A DNA stretch of 64,000 bases from Candidatus Doriopsillibacter californiensis (GTDB taxonomy: Bacteria > Pseudomonadota > Gammaproteobacteria > Tethybacterales > Persebacteraceae): the NCBI GenBank assembly GCA_030386295.1, contig JANQAO010000004.1:11131-75130 (forward strand), written 5' to 3'. The notes beneath the pieces are model-generated. The model made no database searches and was not told the DNA's origin. It worked only from the letters and a program-made list of their open reading frames with translations. The position numbers were made by a program, and so were the translations under genes. Shown in pieces: positions 30,368-40,600 of this stretch. Numbering within the stretch: position 1 is the stretch's first letter; each line of letters opens with the position of its first letter.

Positions 30368-31630
30368 TTGAGATTGAACACAAATATGACGGCTTTGCTT
30401 TCAGCACCACTTAAAGATTTGGAGCAGCGCATAGTAGGCGCGTTTGCCGATATTGAGGCATGGTTACGTGAGGCGTTTATACAGAATCCGCCAGTGTTTT
30501 ACAGTTCGGTAGACTTGCGCAACAACGGGCAAAAAATCGTGTCCGTAGATACGAACGTATTTCCTGGTGGATTTAATAATTTGCCATTGGCAAGTTATCC
30601 GTTGGCTGCGGAAGCGCTACGGCGGCAGGTGGGGCGGCTAGAGCGATGTGATTCTGTGCTATTGATTCCCGAAAATCACACTCGCAATTTGGCTTATTTG
30701 GACAATGTTGTAGTGTTGAAACACTTGTTTGAATCGGCAGGAATCAATGTGCAATTGGGGCGGCTAGATGGCGAAACGTTAACGCTTGTTTCCCAGAGTG
30801 GCGCCAGTGTATCAATGTTGCCGGTGGAAAGAGAAGGGGGGCTTTTGCGTTGCGGCAACGTCACTCCGTGCGTGGTGGTACTCAACAACGATTTGTCGGC
30901 GGGATTGCCACCGATGTTGCGCGATTTATCTGTTCCTATCATGCCGCCGCTGAAAATGGGTTGGATAACACGGCGGAAATCGGCGCATTTTCATCAATAC
31001 CGCCGTGCCGCTGAAGAGCTGGCGGCGTTGCTCAATGCTGATGCTTGGTTGTTGAGCGCAGATTTTTCAGTCTGTCACAAAGTAGATTTTCAACGTCGTG
31101 AGGGAATGGAATGTCTTGCCGTGTCGGTAGAGGAAACCTTACGACAGATTAGCGAAAAATATCGTCAACACGGTGTTACGGACGAGCCTTTTGTAGTGCT
31201 CAAAGCTGATGCCGGCACGTACGGAATGGGAATTATGTCGGTGCGCCATGCGGACGAGGTATTTAATTTAAACCGCCGTCAGCGTAATAAGATGTCGGTA
31301 GGAAAAGAAGGCGCGGTTGTCCGTGATGTACTTATTCAAGAAGGCGTCAATACGTTGGATGATGTGGGCAGTGCGCCTGCTGAGCCAGTAGTCTATATGG
31401 TAGGTGATAGCGTGGTGGGCGGATTTTATCGTGCTAACAAAACGCGTGGGCGGGATGAAAATCTCAATAGTCGCGGCATGTCTTTTTCGCCGTTACCATT
31501 TCAAGCAACTTGTGCGCCGTCTACCTCTACTGCCGATGATGCTGGCAAGCGCTTGTATGTGTACGGCGTTATTGCCCGCTTAGCCGGTTTGGCTGCGGCA
31601 CGCGAGTTGGAGGCAGCGAATTTAACATGA
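30368..31630 (+). CDS. hypothetical protein, possibly the proteobacterial-type glutamate-cysteine ligase family (GshA, PF08886-like)
   Basis: 420 aa, soluble, with no E. coli-type GshA similarity. The family guess comes from size and a vague recollection of the PF08886 family and is weak. It overlaps the next gene by 4 nt. Confidence 0.3.
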   Translation: MRLNTNMTALLSAPLKDLEQRIVGAFADIEAWLREAFIQNPPVFYSSVDLRNNGQKIVSVDTNVFPGGFNNLPLASYPLAAEALRRQVGRLERCDSVLLIPENHTRNLAYLDNVVVLKHLFESAGINVQLGRLDGETLTLVSQSGASVSMLPVEREGGLLRCGNVTPCVVVLNNDLSAGLPPMLRDLSVPIMPPLKMGWITRRKSAHFHQYRRAAEELAALLNADAWLLSADFSVCHKVDFQRREGMECLAVSVEETLRQISEKYRQHGVTDEPFVVLKADAGTYGMGIMSVRHADEVFNLNRRQRNKMSVGKEGAVVRDVLIQEGVNTLDDVGSAPAEPVVYMVGDSVVGGFYRANKTRGRDENLNSRGMSFSPLPFQATCAPSTSTADDAGKRLYVYGVIARLAGLAAARELEAANLT

Positions 31631-32508
31631 GCATTACCAAACATCGGCCAATGGCCGTTGTGGATATGGGGTCTAATGCGGCACGGCTTCTAGTCGGAGA
31701 ATTAAATGAGAAGCAAAACATAATTCAGCACTCATTTATACGGGTGCCTATTGCGCTTGGGCGGTATAGTTATGGCAAGGACGGGAATGTTCCAGAAGCC
31801 GCGCAGGCGGTAATGATTGACACTTTAAATGGTTTACGATTGCTTGCCCGCTCAATGAAGGCGTCACATTGTCGTGTTGTTGCTACTGCCGCTGTGCGCG
31901 ATTGCGAAAACCGCCAGGCATTACAATCGGTGGCTTTTAAGCAAACCGGCTTGCGCATTGAGGTATTGAACGGGGCAGAGGAGGCTGCTATTGTTGGTGC
32001 TTTTGTCTCACGGAAGTTCTCGCGTGCCAGTACCGTGCTTAACGTGGATGCTGGTGGTGGCAGCACGGACTGTTCCATTATTGTTGACGGAAAAATTATC
32101 GTCGCCGCTTCTTTTGACGTAGGTACTGCTCGTCCGAGGTGTGGGACGGTGGTGGAAAAAAAACGGCTTGCTGTCTGGTTGCGCCGGCACACGGCAGAAC
32201 GGAAGTTAACCGCCGTCGCCAGCGGGGGAGGAGCGCGTTCTTTGGTAGATATTTGCGGTAGCATTACTGATGATAAGCTAGCCTACTTTATTATGGCAGC
32301 TCAAAAAATGACACCTTCCAAACGTGCTACCACTTTTAATTTAACATTGGATAAGGCACACAAAATCGTGTCAGCGGCACGTATCTGTCAACACGTTTTA
32401 CAAGCTGTCGGCGTAATGGAATTGAAAACGATTCAAGGTGGTTTGGGAGAAGCGGTGCTGACGGAGATGCTGTTGACATCAGGTAAGTGTGGAGCGTTGT
32501 TAACGTAA
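31627..32508 (+). CDS. Ppx/GppA-family phosphatase, N-terminal ASKHA domains only
   Basis: 293 aa. It has the AVVDMGSNAARL phosphate-1 motif and a GGGSTD motif typical of exopolyphosphatase/GppA. It is about 200 aa shorter than E. coli Ppx. Confidence 0.65.
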   Translation: MSITKHRPMAVVDMGSNAARLLVGELNEKQNIIQHSFIRVPIALGRYSYGKDGNVPEAAQAVMIDTLNGLRLLARSMKASHCRVVATAAVRDCENRQALQSVAFKQTGLRIEVLNGAEEAAIVGAFVSRKFSRASTVLNVDAGGGSTDCSIIVDGKIIVAASFDVGTARPRCGTVVEKKRLAVWLRRHTAERKLTAVASGGGARSLVDICGSITDDKLAYFIMAAQKMTPSKRATTFNLTLDKAHKIVSAARICQHVLQAVGVMELKTIQGGLGEAVLTEMLLTSGKCGALLT

Positions 32509-32848
32509 AACTTAACATAAAATCATCCATGACAGGATGAAGAAAATGGGAGATAGAAATTTTATACAGCCGTAAAAAGCATTGATTTAGTGTAATTTGT
32601 AGGTTTTTTGGGTAACTAATCAAACATATCCGTAGATTTTGCCGAAAAAATGTGCTGTTTGGATAGTTAACCTTAACCTCGGCGGAGTGCCTCTAACGGC
32701 AGTATCGTTATTGAGTAATCAAAACATAAGAGTGAAAAGGTATTAAAAATAATAAGGATACGAACTTGATGATAATAGCTATTACAAAGTTGTAGGCAGA
32801 ATTATATTTTTATAGGGAAGGAGTTTTTGTTATATAATAAGAAGCTTG

Positions 32849-32932
32849 GGAGGGGTTCCCGAGCGGTCAAAGGGACCAGACTGTAAATCTGGCGGCTCAG
32901 CCTTCGCAGGTTCGAATCCTGCCCCCTCCACC
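32849..32932 (+). tRNA. tRNA-Tyr (anticodon GUA), long variable arm
   Basis: Reads GGAGGGGTTCCCGAGCGGTCAAAGGGACCAGACTGTAAATCTGG...CAGGTTCGAATCCTGCCCCCTCCACC. Near-identical in architecture to E. coli tyrU. Terminal CC is encoded, the A is not. Confidence 0.9.
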
Positions 32933-33029
32933 GCAAGGAACTTCCTTTTGAAAGAAAATTTATTGTGAATCAAATTATAGATGAAACAGCAAGTTATCAA
33001 GGATGTGTTGGCGCAACGGTCGTTTGTTG

Positions 33030-33103
33030 GCGGGTGTAGCTCAATGGTAGAGCGTAAGCCTTCCAAGCTTGATGTGAGGGTTCGATTCCCTTCACCCGCT
33101 CCA
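33030..33103 (+). tRNA. tRNA-Gly (anticodon UCC)
   Basis: Reads GCGGGTGTAGCTCAATGGTAGAGCGTAAGCCTTCCAAGCTTGATGTGAGGGTTCGATTCCCTTCACCCGCTCCA. Resembles E. coli glyT. Confidence 0.9.
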
Positions 33104-33125
33104 GATAGTGGCGCTCGCCATGTCG

Positions 33126-33200
33126 GCCCATGTAGCTCAGTGGTAGAGCGTTCCCTTGGTAAGGGAGAGGTCGCCAGTTCAATCCTGGCTATGGGCACCA
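33126..33200 (+). tRNA. tRNA-Thr (anticodon GGU)
   Basis: Reads GCCCATGTAGCTCAGTGGTAGAGCGTTCCCTTGGTAAGGGAGAGGTCGCCAGTTCAATCCTGGCTATGGGCACCA. Resembles E. coli thrT. Confidence 0.9.
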
Positions 33201-33322
33201 TGTGGAAGTTGATGAGGCTGAGGCTTGAGAAGTTGATGAAATCAGCCGCTGTTAAAATGTTATTGACGGGTCGGATACACCGACCGTTCATTGTTTTCCA
33301 TATTTTGTGAGGAGAAAGAAAG

Positions 33323-34513
33323 ATGGCAAAAGATAAATTTGAACGAACAAAGCCGCATTTGAATGTAGGCACGATAGGTCATGTAGATCACGGAAAGACA
33401 ACACTGACGGCGGCGTTGACGACGATATTGTCTAAAGAGTATGGCGGTGAGGCGCGTGGTTATGACCAGATAGATAATGCTCCAGAAGAGAAAGCGAGAG
33501 GGATAACGATTAATACGTCGCACGTAGAGTATGAAACGGCAAATCGTCACTATGCTCATGTGGATTGCCCGGGTCACGCAGATTATGTAAAAAACATGAT
33601 AACAGGAGCGGCGCAGATGGATGCGGCGATATTGGTGGTGAGTGCTGCTGATGGTCCGATGCCACAAACGCGCGAGCACATATTGTTGGCTCGTCAGGTT
33701 GGTGTGCCGCGTATTGTGGTGTATTTAAATAAAGCGGATATGGTGGATGATGAGGAATTATTAGAATTGGTAGAAATAGAAGTGCGGGAGTTGTTGACGA
33801 AATACGAATTTCCTGGAGATGACACTCCGATAGTTACCGGTTCAGCGTTGAGAGCTTTGGAAGGTGAGGATAGTGATATAGGTTTGGGTTCAATTCGGAA
33901 ATTAGCGGAAGCATTAGATACGTATATTGAAGAGCCGGAGCGAGCGGTAGACGGTGCATTTTTAATGCCAGTAGAAGACGTATTTTCTATATCGGGTCGT
34001 GGAACGGTGGTGACCGGTCGGATAGATCGTGGGAAGATTAAGGTAGGAGAAGAAATAGAGATAGTAGGGATACGAGATACGGCAAAGACGATATGTACGG
34101 GAGTGGAGATGTTTCGTAAGCTGTTGGATGACGGTCAGGCGGGCGATAACGTAGGCTTGTTGTTACGAGGGACGAAGCGAGAAGAGGTAGAGCGAGGCCA
34201 GGTGATGGCGAAGCCGGGTAGTATTCTGCCGCACAAGAAGTTTGAGGCGGAAGTGTATGTATTGAACAAGGAAGAAGGTGGTCGCCACACTCCATTTTTC
34301 CAGGGATACAGCCCACAGTTTTATTTTCGGACGACGGATGTGACAGGAGCGGTGAGGTTGAAAGAGGGAGTAGATATGGTGGTTCCGGGAGACAACGTAT
34401 CGTTAACGGCGGAGTTGATAACGTCAGTCGCGATGGAAGAAGGTTTGCGTTTTGCGATACGGGAAGGTGGCAAGACCGTGGGTGCTGGTGTCGTTACTAA
34501 AATCTTGGAATAA
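33323..34513 (+). CDS. tuf: elongation factor Tu
   Basis: 396 aa, with [22 protein letters not shown] and the rest of EF-Tu highly conserved. It is preceded by the Tyr-Gly-Thr tRNA cluster, as at E. coli tufB. Confidence 0.95.
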   Translation: MAKDKFERTKPHLNVGTIGHVDHGKTTLTAALTTILSKEYGGEARGYDQIDNAPEEKARGITINTSHVEYETANRHYAHVDCPGHADYVKNMITGAAQMDAAILVVSAADGPMPQTREHILLARQVGVPRIVVYLNKADMVDDEELLELVEIEVRELLTKYEFPGDDTPIVTGSALRALEGEDSDIGLGSIRKLAEALDTYIEEPERAVDGAFLMPVEDVFSISGRGTVVTGRIDRGKIKVGEEIEIVGIRDTAKTICTGVEMFRKLLDDGQAGDNVGLLLRGTKREEVERGQVMAKPGSILPHKKFEAEVYVLNKEEGGRHTPFFQGYSPQFYFRTTDVTGAVRLKEGVDMVVPGDNVSLTAELITSVAMEEGLRFAIREGGKTVGAGVVTKILE

Positions 34514-34531
34514 TGCGGATGAATAAAAAAC

Positions 34532-34606
34532 AGGCCAATAGCTCAATCGGTAGAGCGACGGTCTCCAAAACCGTAGGTTGGGGGTTCGATTCCCTCTTGG
34601 CCTGCC
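34532..34606 (+). tRNA. tRNA-Trp (anticodon CCA)
   Basis: Reads AGGCCAATAGCTCAATCGGTAGAGCGACGGTCTCCAAAACCGTAGGTTGGGGGTTCGATTCCCTCTTGGCCTGCC. Resembles E. coli trpT. Its position between tuf and secE is common. Confidence 0.9.
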
Positions 34607-34616
34607 GTGGGATATT

Positions 34617-34964
34617 ATGACATCGGCGGAAAAAATTAAGCTGTGGGCGTCTGCCGTTTTGGTAATTGGCTCCGTTTATGTTGCCGGCTATGAAATTAGT
34701 TCAGGTCAAGCGGCAGCACGTGTTGGTGTTTTGACTGTTGGATTGATGTTGGCTGCGACGTTAGTTGGTTTTTCCGATTCGGGGAAGGCGTTTTTTGCAT
34801 TTGCGCGTTCTGCTGGTGTGGAAGTGCGCAAGGTGATTTGGCCTTCACGACAAGAAACGGTGAGAACTACCGGTGTAGTAGTGATGTTGGTTAGTCTTGT
34901 GATGCTGTTTTTGTGGGTAGTTGATTTTATTTTAAGTAAAATGTTGGATATTTTGGCACGCTAA
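34617..34964 (+). CDS. secE: preprotein translocase subunit SecE
   Basis: 115 aa with 3 TM segments. The ORF start was trimmed to MTSAEKIKLW because the longer frame overlaps tRNA-Trp. Its stop overlaps the nusG start (TAATG). Confidence 0.8.
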   Translation: MTSAEKIKLWASAVLVIGSVYVAGYEISSGQAAARVGVLTVGLMLAATLVGFSDSGKAFFAFARSAGVEVRKVIWPSRQETVRTTGVVVMLVSLVMLFLWVVDFILSKMLDILAR

Positions 34965-35524
34965 TGAATGATATCGCTGAAAATATTGTTGAGAAAAAAT
35001 GGTATGCTGTGCAGGTTTTAGTCGGTTACGAAAAATCTGTAAGAGAGAACCTTCTGGAGCGTATTGATCAACACGATCTTGGTGGCTACTTTGGCGATGT
35101 TTTGTTGCCGGTAGAAAATACCTTGGAAATTCGCCAAGGAAAAAAGAAAATGACCGAGCGAAAATTGTATCCGGGATATTTGTTTTTGGAAATGTGTATG
35201 ATTCCTGAGTGTTGGCATTTGGTGCGAAAGACACGGCGTGTAGGCGGATTTATTTCTGGTACCAATGAAGAGCCAGCAGCTTTAGCGCTGGATGTTGTAA
35301 GTAAAATTCACCGGCAGATGCAAGATAGTATAGAGAAAGGACCGGTTATTCGGGCGCAATTTGCAACGGGTGATCAAGTTCGGATTAAAGAAGGACCTTT
35401 TAGTGATTTTTCTGGTACGGTTGATAGCGTTAATGCTGAGAGAAGTCGGCTGACAGTTATGGTGATGGTTTTTGGACGCTCTACTCCGGTGGAGCTGGAT
35501 TTCGGTCAAGTGGACAAAATATAA
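34964..35524 (+). CDS. nusG: transcription termination/antitermination factor NusG
   Basis: 186 aa with an NGN domain (WYAVQV) and a C-terminal KOW motif ([18 protein letters not shown]). Confidence 0.9.
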   Translation: MNDIAENIVEKKWYAVQVLVGYEKSVRENLLERIDQHDLGGYFGDVLLPVENTLEIRQGKKKMTERKLYPGYLFLEMCMIPECWHLVRKTRRVGGFISGTNEEPAALALDVVSKIHRQMQDSIEKGPVIRAQFATGDQVRIKEGPFSDFSGTVDSVNAERSRLTVMVMVFGRSTPVELDFGQVDKI

Positions 35525-35525
35525 C

Positions 35526-35954
35526 ATGGGTAAAAAAGTCGTTGGTCTTATTAAATTGCAAGTCCCAGCTGGCGCGGCTACTCCGGCACCGCCAATAGGT
35601 CCGGCACTCGGTCAGCGTGGGCTTAATATTCAAGATTTTTGCAAGTCATTTAATGCGGCGACGGAAAGTAGTGAAAAAGGAATTCCTTTGCCGGTAATTA
35701 TTACGTGCTACGAAGATCGTACATTTTCTTTTGTAGTCAAAAAGCCGCCGATGTCGGTGTTAATCAAAAAGTCATTAGGGTTGGAAAAGGGGAGCGGTAA
35801 GCCGCACATGGAAAAAGTGGGTAAGCTTACTCGCGCTGCCGCTGAAGAAATTGCGCGAGGAAAAATGTCGGATTTGAATACTGCTGATTTAGACGCGGCA
35901 GTGCGTGAAGTGGCAGGCACTGCGCGGAGTATGGGTGTGGAGATGGAGAATTAA
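35526..35954 (+). CDS. rplK: 50S ribosomal protein L11
   Basis: 142 aa starting [35 protein letters not shown], a highly conserved L11 N-terminus. The ORF-track start at 35472 is an over-extension. Confidence 0.95.
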   Translation: MGKKVVGLIKLQVPAGAATPAPPIGPALGQRGLNIQDFCKSFNAATESSEKGIPLPVIITCYEDRTFSFVVKKPPMSVLIKKSLGLEKGSGKPHMEKVGKLTRAAAEEIARGKMSDLNTADLDAAVREVAGTARSMGVEMEN

Positions 35955-35958
35955 AAGC

Positions 35959-36642
35959 ATGGCAAAAATAGACAAACGATTACGCGATAAAGTTGTTCCA
36001 GAGAAAGGATGTTCGTTGGATGAAGCACTAGCTGCGGTAGTTGGTGGCAGTGGTGTGAAATTTGATGAGACTGTGGATGTCGCTGTTCATCTGGGTATAG
36101 ATACAAAAAAATCCGATCAGGCAGTGCGAGGTGCAGTAGTTATGCCGGCTGGCACTGGTAAGACTGTGCGCGTGGCTGTTGTGGCCGCCGATGCGGATGC
36201 CGAATCAGCTCGTGAAGCTGGTGCTGACCGAGTGGGGTTTGAAGATTTGATTGAGGAAATTAAAGGCGGTAAAACAGATTTTGATGTTCTAATTGCTACG
36301 CCTACCTCTATGCGTCATCTGGCGGCAGCGGGCAGGGTTCTTGGTCCGCGTGGTCTAATGCCTAATCCTAAGACTGGTACCGTTGCGGCGGCACCTGCCG
36401 AGGCAGTTAAAAATGCTAAAGCTGGGCAGGTGCGTTATCGTGCTGACAAAGCGGGCATTGTGCACGCGCCAGTGGGTAAGGCGTCGTTTACGCCTGCTGA
36501 CTTAAAGCGCAACATTGAAAGTCTGCTTGATTCACTCAAGCGAGCTAAACCGGCTTCCAGCAAGGGTGTGTATTTGCGTCAGCTGTCATTGTCTTCCACT
36601 ATGGGGCGTTCGGTTGAGCCGGATATTGCCTCTTACCGATAA
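35959..36642 (+). CDS. rplA: 50S ribosomal protein L1
   Basis: 227 aa starting [10 protein letters not shown]. Conserved L1 core. Confidence 0.95.
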   Translation: MAKIDKRLRDKVVPEKGCSLDEALAAVVGGSGVKFDETVDVAVHLGIDTKKSDQAVRGAVVMPAGTGKTVRVAVVAADADAESAREAGADRVGFEDLIEEIKGGKTDFDVLIATPTSMRHLAAAGRVLGPRGLMPNPKTGTVAAAPAEAVKNAKAGQVRYRADKAGIVHAPVGKASFTPADLKRNIESLLDSLKRAKPASSKGVYLRQLSLSSTMGRSVEPDIASYR

Positions 36643-36654
36643 AAGGAAAACGCC

Positions 36655-37188
36655 GTGATTAGTCGTGAACATAAAGAAGAAATTGTTAGTGTCGTCAAAG
36701 CTCGAGTGCAAGGTGCACAGGCAGTTTTGGTTGCCGAAAACGCGGGTCTGACTGTGGCACAAATGTCACGATTTCGCCAAGATATCACTGATTCTGGCGG
36801 TGGTGCTCATGCGCAAGTTATCAAAAATACATTGGTTCGGTTAGCGTTAAAAGGTAGCAACTTTGAGCCACTGGGAGAAACATTATCAGGGCCATTGATT
36901 TATGGTATGGGCGAAGACCCAGCAATGCTGGCCAAAGTTTTTTCGCGAGCCGCTAAAGAAAACGAAAAATTTATCATTCGTGGTGGTGCTTTAACTGTCG
37001 GTGGTGTGTTGAGTGCTAACGACGTTAATGCGCTGGCTGCTATTCCTGGCCGCGAACAATTACTGGAAAATTTAGTTGGTGCTATGCAGGCACCATCAGC
37101 AACATTTGTGCGTTTACTGAGTGCTGTGCCTACTGGTTTTGTACGAGCTCTGGCAGCAGTGCGCGATAAAAAATTGGCACAATCTTAA
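36655..37188 (+). CDS. rplJ: 50S ribosomal protein L10
   Basis: 177 aa. Its N-terminus aligns with E. coli L10 (..EEIVSVVKARVQGAQAVLVAENAGLTVAQMSRFR). GTG start. Only 12 nt separate it from the rplA stop. Confidence 0.9.
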   Translation: MISREHKEEIVSVVKARVQGAQAVLVAENAGLTVAQMSRFRQDITDSGGGAHAQVIKNTLVRLALKGSNFEPLGETLSGPLIYGMGEDPAMLAKVFSRAAKENEKFIIRGGALTVGGVLSANDVNALAAIPGREQLLENLVGAMQAPSATFVRLLSAVPTGFVRALAAVRDKKLAQS

Positions 37189-37224
37189 TCTATTCACCCA
37201 TCACTACAACAAAAGGAGATTCTC

Positions 37225-37596
37225 ATGAATAAAACGGAAATTATGGACGCTATTGCCTCAATGTCAGTTCTGGACCTTTCAGAACTCATCAAAGATATGG
37301 AAGAAAAATTCGGCGTGTCCGCCGCTGCGCCGGTAGCAGTTGCCGCTGCGGCATCTGGTGACGCCGCAGCGCCAAGCGAAGAAAAAACGCAATTTGACGT
37401 GATGCTGACCGCAATTGGCGACAGCAAAGTGTCGGTCATTAAAGTTGTGCGTCAAATCACCGGGTTAGGCTTAAAAGAGGCCAAAGAGCTGGTGGAAAGT
37501 GCTCCCAAAGCTATCAAAGAAGGCATTGCTAAAAGTGAAGCAGAGGAGATGGCAAAGCAGTTACAAGAAGCTGGCGCCTCTAGCGAGGTCAAGTAA
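37225..37596 (+). CDS. rplL: 50S ribosomal protein L7/L12
   Basis: 123 aa with the Ala/Pro-rich hinge and the conserved C-terminal domain ([33 protein letters not shown]). Confidence 0.95.
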   Translation: MNKTEIMDAIASMSVLDLSELIKDMEEKFGVSAAAPVAVAAAASGDAAAPSEEKTQFDVMLTAIGDSKVSVIKVVRQITGLGLKEAKELVESAPKAIKEGIAKSEAEEMAKQLQEAGASSEVK

Positions 37597-37611
37597 CATA
37601 TTTTCTTTTTA

Positions 37612-37660
37612 TCCCTGCTCGCTTATCGCTTCGGCGATGGCGGGACTTAACTTTTGTCAA
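37612..37660 (+). promoter_or_regulatory. rplL-rpoB intergenic hairpin (candidate attenuator / RNase III processing stem)
   Basis: The core stem ATCGC-TTCG-GCGAT is extended by TCCC/GGGA outer pairing and followed by a T-rich stretch, cttaacttttgtc. E. coli has a partial terminator at the same position. Confidence 0.3.
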
Positions 37661-37680
37661 AATTCTTTGGGAGTTCCGGC

Positions 37681-40600
37681 ATGAACTTAACGTATAACGA
37701 AAAAAAGCGGCCCCGCCGTTCTTTCGCCTCGCAGTCTGCAATGACTACTATTCCGCCGCTGGTGCAGTTGCAAAAACATTCTTATGTGGGCTTTTTGCAA
37801 AAAGACACGCCGCAGAATGAGCGCGCGTTGCAGGGATTGCAAAACGCTTTTCATTCGGTTTTTCCGATTGAATCTAGTTCCGGTGCTGTCGTGCTAGAGT
37901 TTAAGCAATACGAATTGCGTGACCCAGTGTACACCGTTCAGGAATGTAAATTACGTGGCTTGACTTATCAAGCATCGGTATACGCTTTGATAGACATGGT
38001 GATGTACGATAAAAAAGGAGGTAGCGTCAAGGAAACCAAAGAAGAATTGGTGTATATGGGCGAGTTGCCATTGATGACTAACGATGGTTCTTTTGTTATC
38101 AACGGCACCGAACGCGTGGTGGTTTCGCAATTGCATCGTTCACCGGGTGTCTTTTTTGAGCATGATTCAGGGCGCAACACTACTACCGGCAAATATTTAT
38201 ATAACGCTCGCGTTATTCCTTATAGCGGCGCTTGGTTGGATTTTGAATTTGACAAGCGTGACGTACTATATTTTCGTATTGACCGGCGACGCAAGATGCC
38301 GGTTACTATTTTGCTCAAAGCGCTACGCTATACCAAAGAATCTATTTTGCGCCACTTTTATGAGTTTGAAAAGTTTGACTTAGGTAAAGAGCCAGGGCAA
38401 GCAACTTATCAGTTACAGGGTAAATTTTTGTTAAACGTATCTTTGCCTTTCGATATTTGTGACGCTAAAGGTAAAGTTGTGGTCAACAAGGCACAACGGA
38501 TTAAAAAAATTGATGTCACTCGCCTAGCTGACAGTGAAGGCACTTTTCATTCGATCCCAGAGGCTTTTTTACATGGTCGTCGGCTTGCTGCTGACATTTT
38601 TTCTGCTGACGGCGAATTGCTAGCTAAGATTAATGCCGAGATTGATGAGGCATTGTTGGCTGATTTGCGGGGTGCAGGAATACAACAGTTGGAAACACTG
38701 TATATCAATGAATTTGATTGTGGTCCTTTTATTGCGCAGACGCTTGCATTGGACGAAAAGTTAGATGAAGACATGTCACGGACGGCTATTTACCGCATGT
38801 TGCGTCCTGGTGATCCACCTAATAATGAGGTGGTTAATAGCTATCTGGATACTGTTTTTCATGACTCTTCTGTTTATGATCTGTCTCGTGTAGGGCGGAT
38901 GAAATTCAACCGCCGCCTGTATCCAGACAGACCACCTATGGAATATCGCGTTGTGCTTAGTGATCAGTCAGGCAAATCAGTGAACAAAACCGTTTCGCAA
39001 GCGGTTATGCCGCTGCTGGTTGAAACTGGCTGTTTTGCCGATAAAGACGCTGCTGCCGAGTATTTGGAATATGTAAAAAAATACGGTGGTAAGCGTCCTT
39101 TGATTGAAAACTTGACTCGTGAACAGGCAGATAAAATTGCAGCTACGTTGTCAAAGGCGCTACCTTGCGAAGTCTCTCGCCAGACTACGCTGTCGCGTTC
39201 GGATGTGCTTAAAGTGGTGAAGTATCTTGTGGATTTGCGTAATGGTAAAGAAAAAACAGATGATATTGATAGTTTGTCCAATCGGCGGGTTCGTGCTGTT
39301 GGCGAATTCATAGAAAATCACTATCGTCAGGGATTGCAGCGCGTTAATCGAGCTATTCGCGATCGCCTATCTCGTGCTGAGGTGGATGACCTGATGCCGC
39401 ATAATCTTATTAGCGCCAAGGCTATTAGTTCATCAGTGGCAGAATTTTTTAATGGTAACCAATTGTCGCAGTTTATGGATCAAACTAATCCATTGTCCGA
39501 GATTACGCATAAGCGTCGCGTTTCTGCTTTTGGCGTTGGCGGTCTCAATCGCGACCGTGTTGGTTTTGAAGTGCGAGACGTACATCCTTCGCACTATGGT
39601 CGCGTTTGCCCAATCGAAACGCCGGAAGGCCCCAATATTGGTCTAATCAATTCTATGTCGTTGTATGCCAGCGTTAATGAATACGGTTTTTTGCAGACGC
39701 CGTATGTACATGTCCGAAACGGTGTGGTAACCGACAAAGTGGTTAATTTATCCGCTATTGATGAAGCTGGATGCGTTATCGCTCCGGCCACCAGTAAGCG
39801 TGATAGCAAAGGCCGCTTTGTTGATAAATTGGTTTCGGCACGACGTGACGGCGAATATATTTTGTGTTTTGCGGAGGAAGTGGATTACATTGATGTCGCA
39901 CCTTCGCAAATATCTTCGGTAGCAGCGTCTTTGGTTCCCTTTATAGAACACGATGACGCCAATCGTGCCCTAATGGGATCTAATATGCAACGCCAGGGAG
40001 TTCCCTGTCTGGTGCCGGAAAAACCGCTGGTAGGTACTGGACTGGAACGTTTGGTAGTTAATGACTCAGGATCCGTTATACAGGCTGCTCGCGGTGGTGT
40101 GGTAAGTTATGTGGATAGCAATCGTATTGCTGTGAGGGCTGCGGCCAAGGAGATTCGCTCCGGCGAAAGTGGCGTGGATATTTACAATTTGTTCCGTCAT
40201 ACGCGTTCTAATCAAAATACCGATATTAGTCACCGTCCTATTGTGCGTGAGGGTGACAATATAGCTGCCGGTGATGTCATTGCTGACGGCTCCTGTACTG
40301 ACTTGGGCGAACTGGCTCTGGGACAAAACTTGCTAGTGGCTTTTTTGCCGTGGAACGGTTACAACTTTGAAGATTCCATTCTTATTTCCGAGAAAGTTGC
40401 CATAGAAGAACGATTTTCTTCCATTCACATTATTGAAGAAATTGTGCATGCCCGAAGCACTCAGTTGGGAGATGAAGAAATTACCAGCGACATTCCTCAT
40501 CAATCCGACGCGTCTTTGGTCAACTTAGATTCAGAAGGTATTGTGCATGTAGGTATGGAAGTGAAGCCGGGAGATATTTTGGTTGGGAAAATAACGCCTA

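Noticed and set aside
34578-34616. N-terminal extension of the secE ORF (MGVRFPLGLPWDI...)
   Set aside because: The extension overlaps the 3' half of tRNA-Trp. The downstream ATG at 34617 gives a normal-length SecE.
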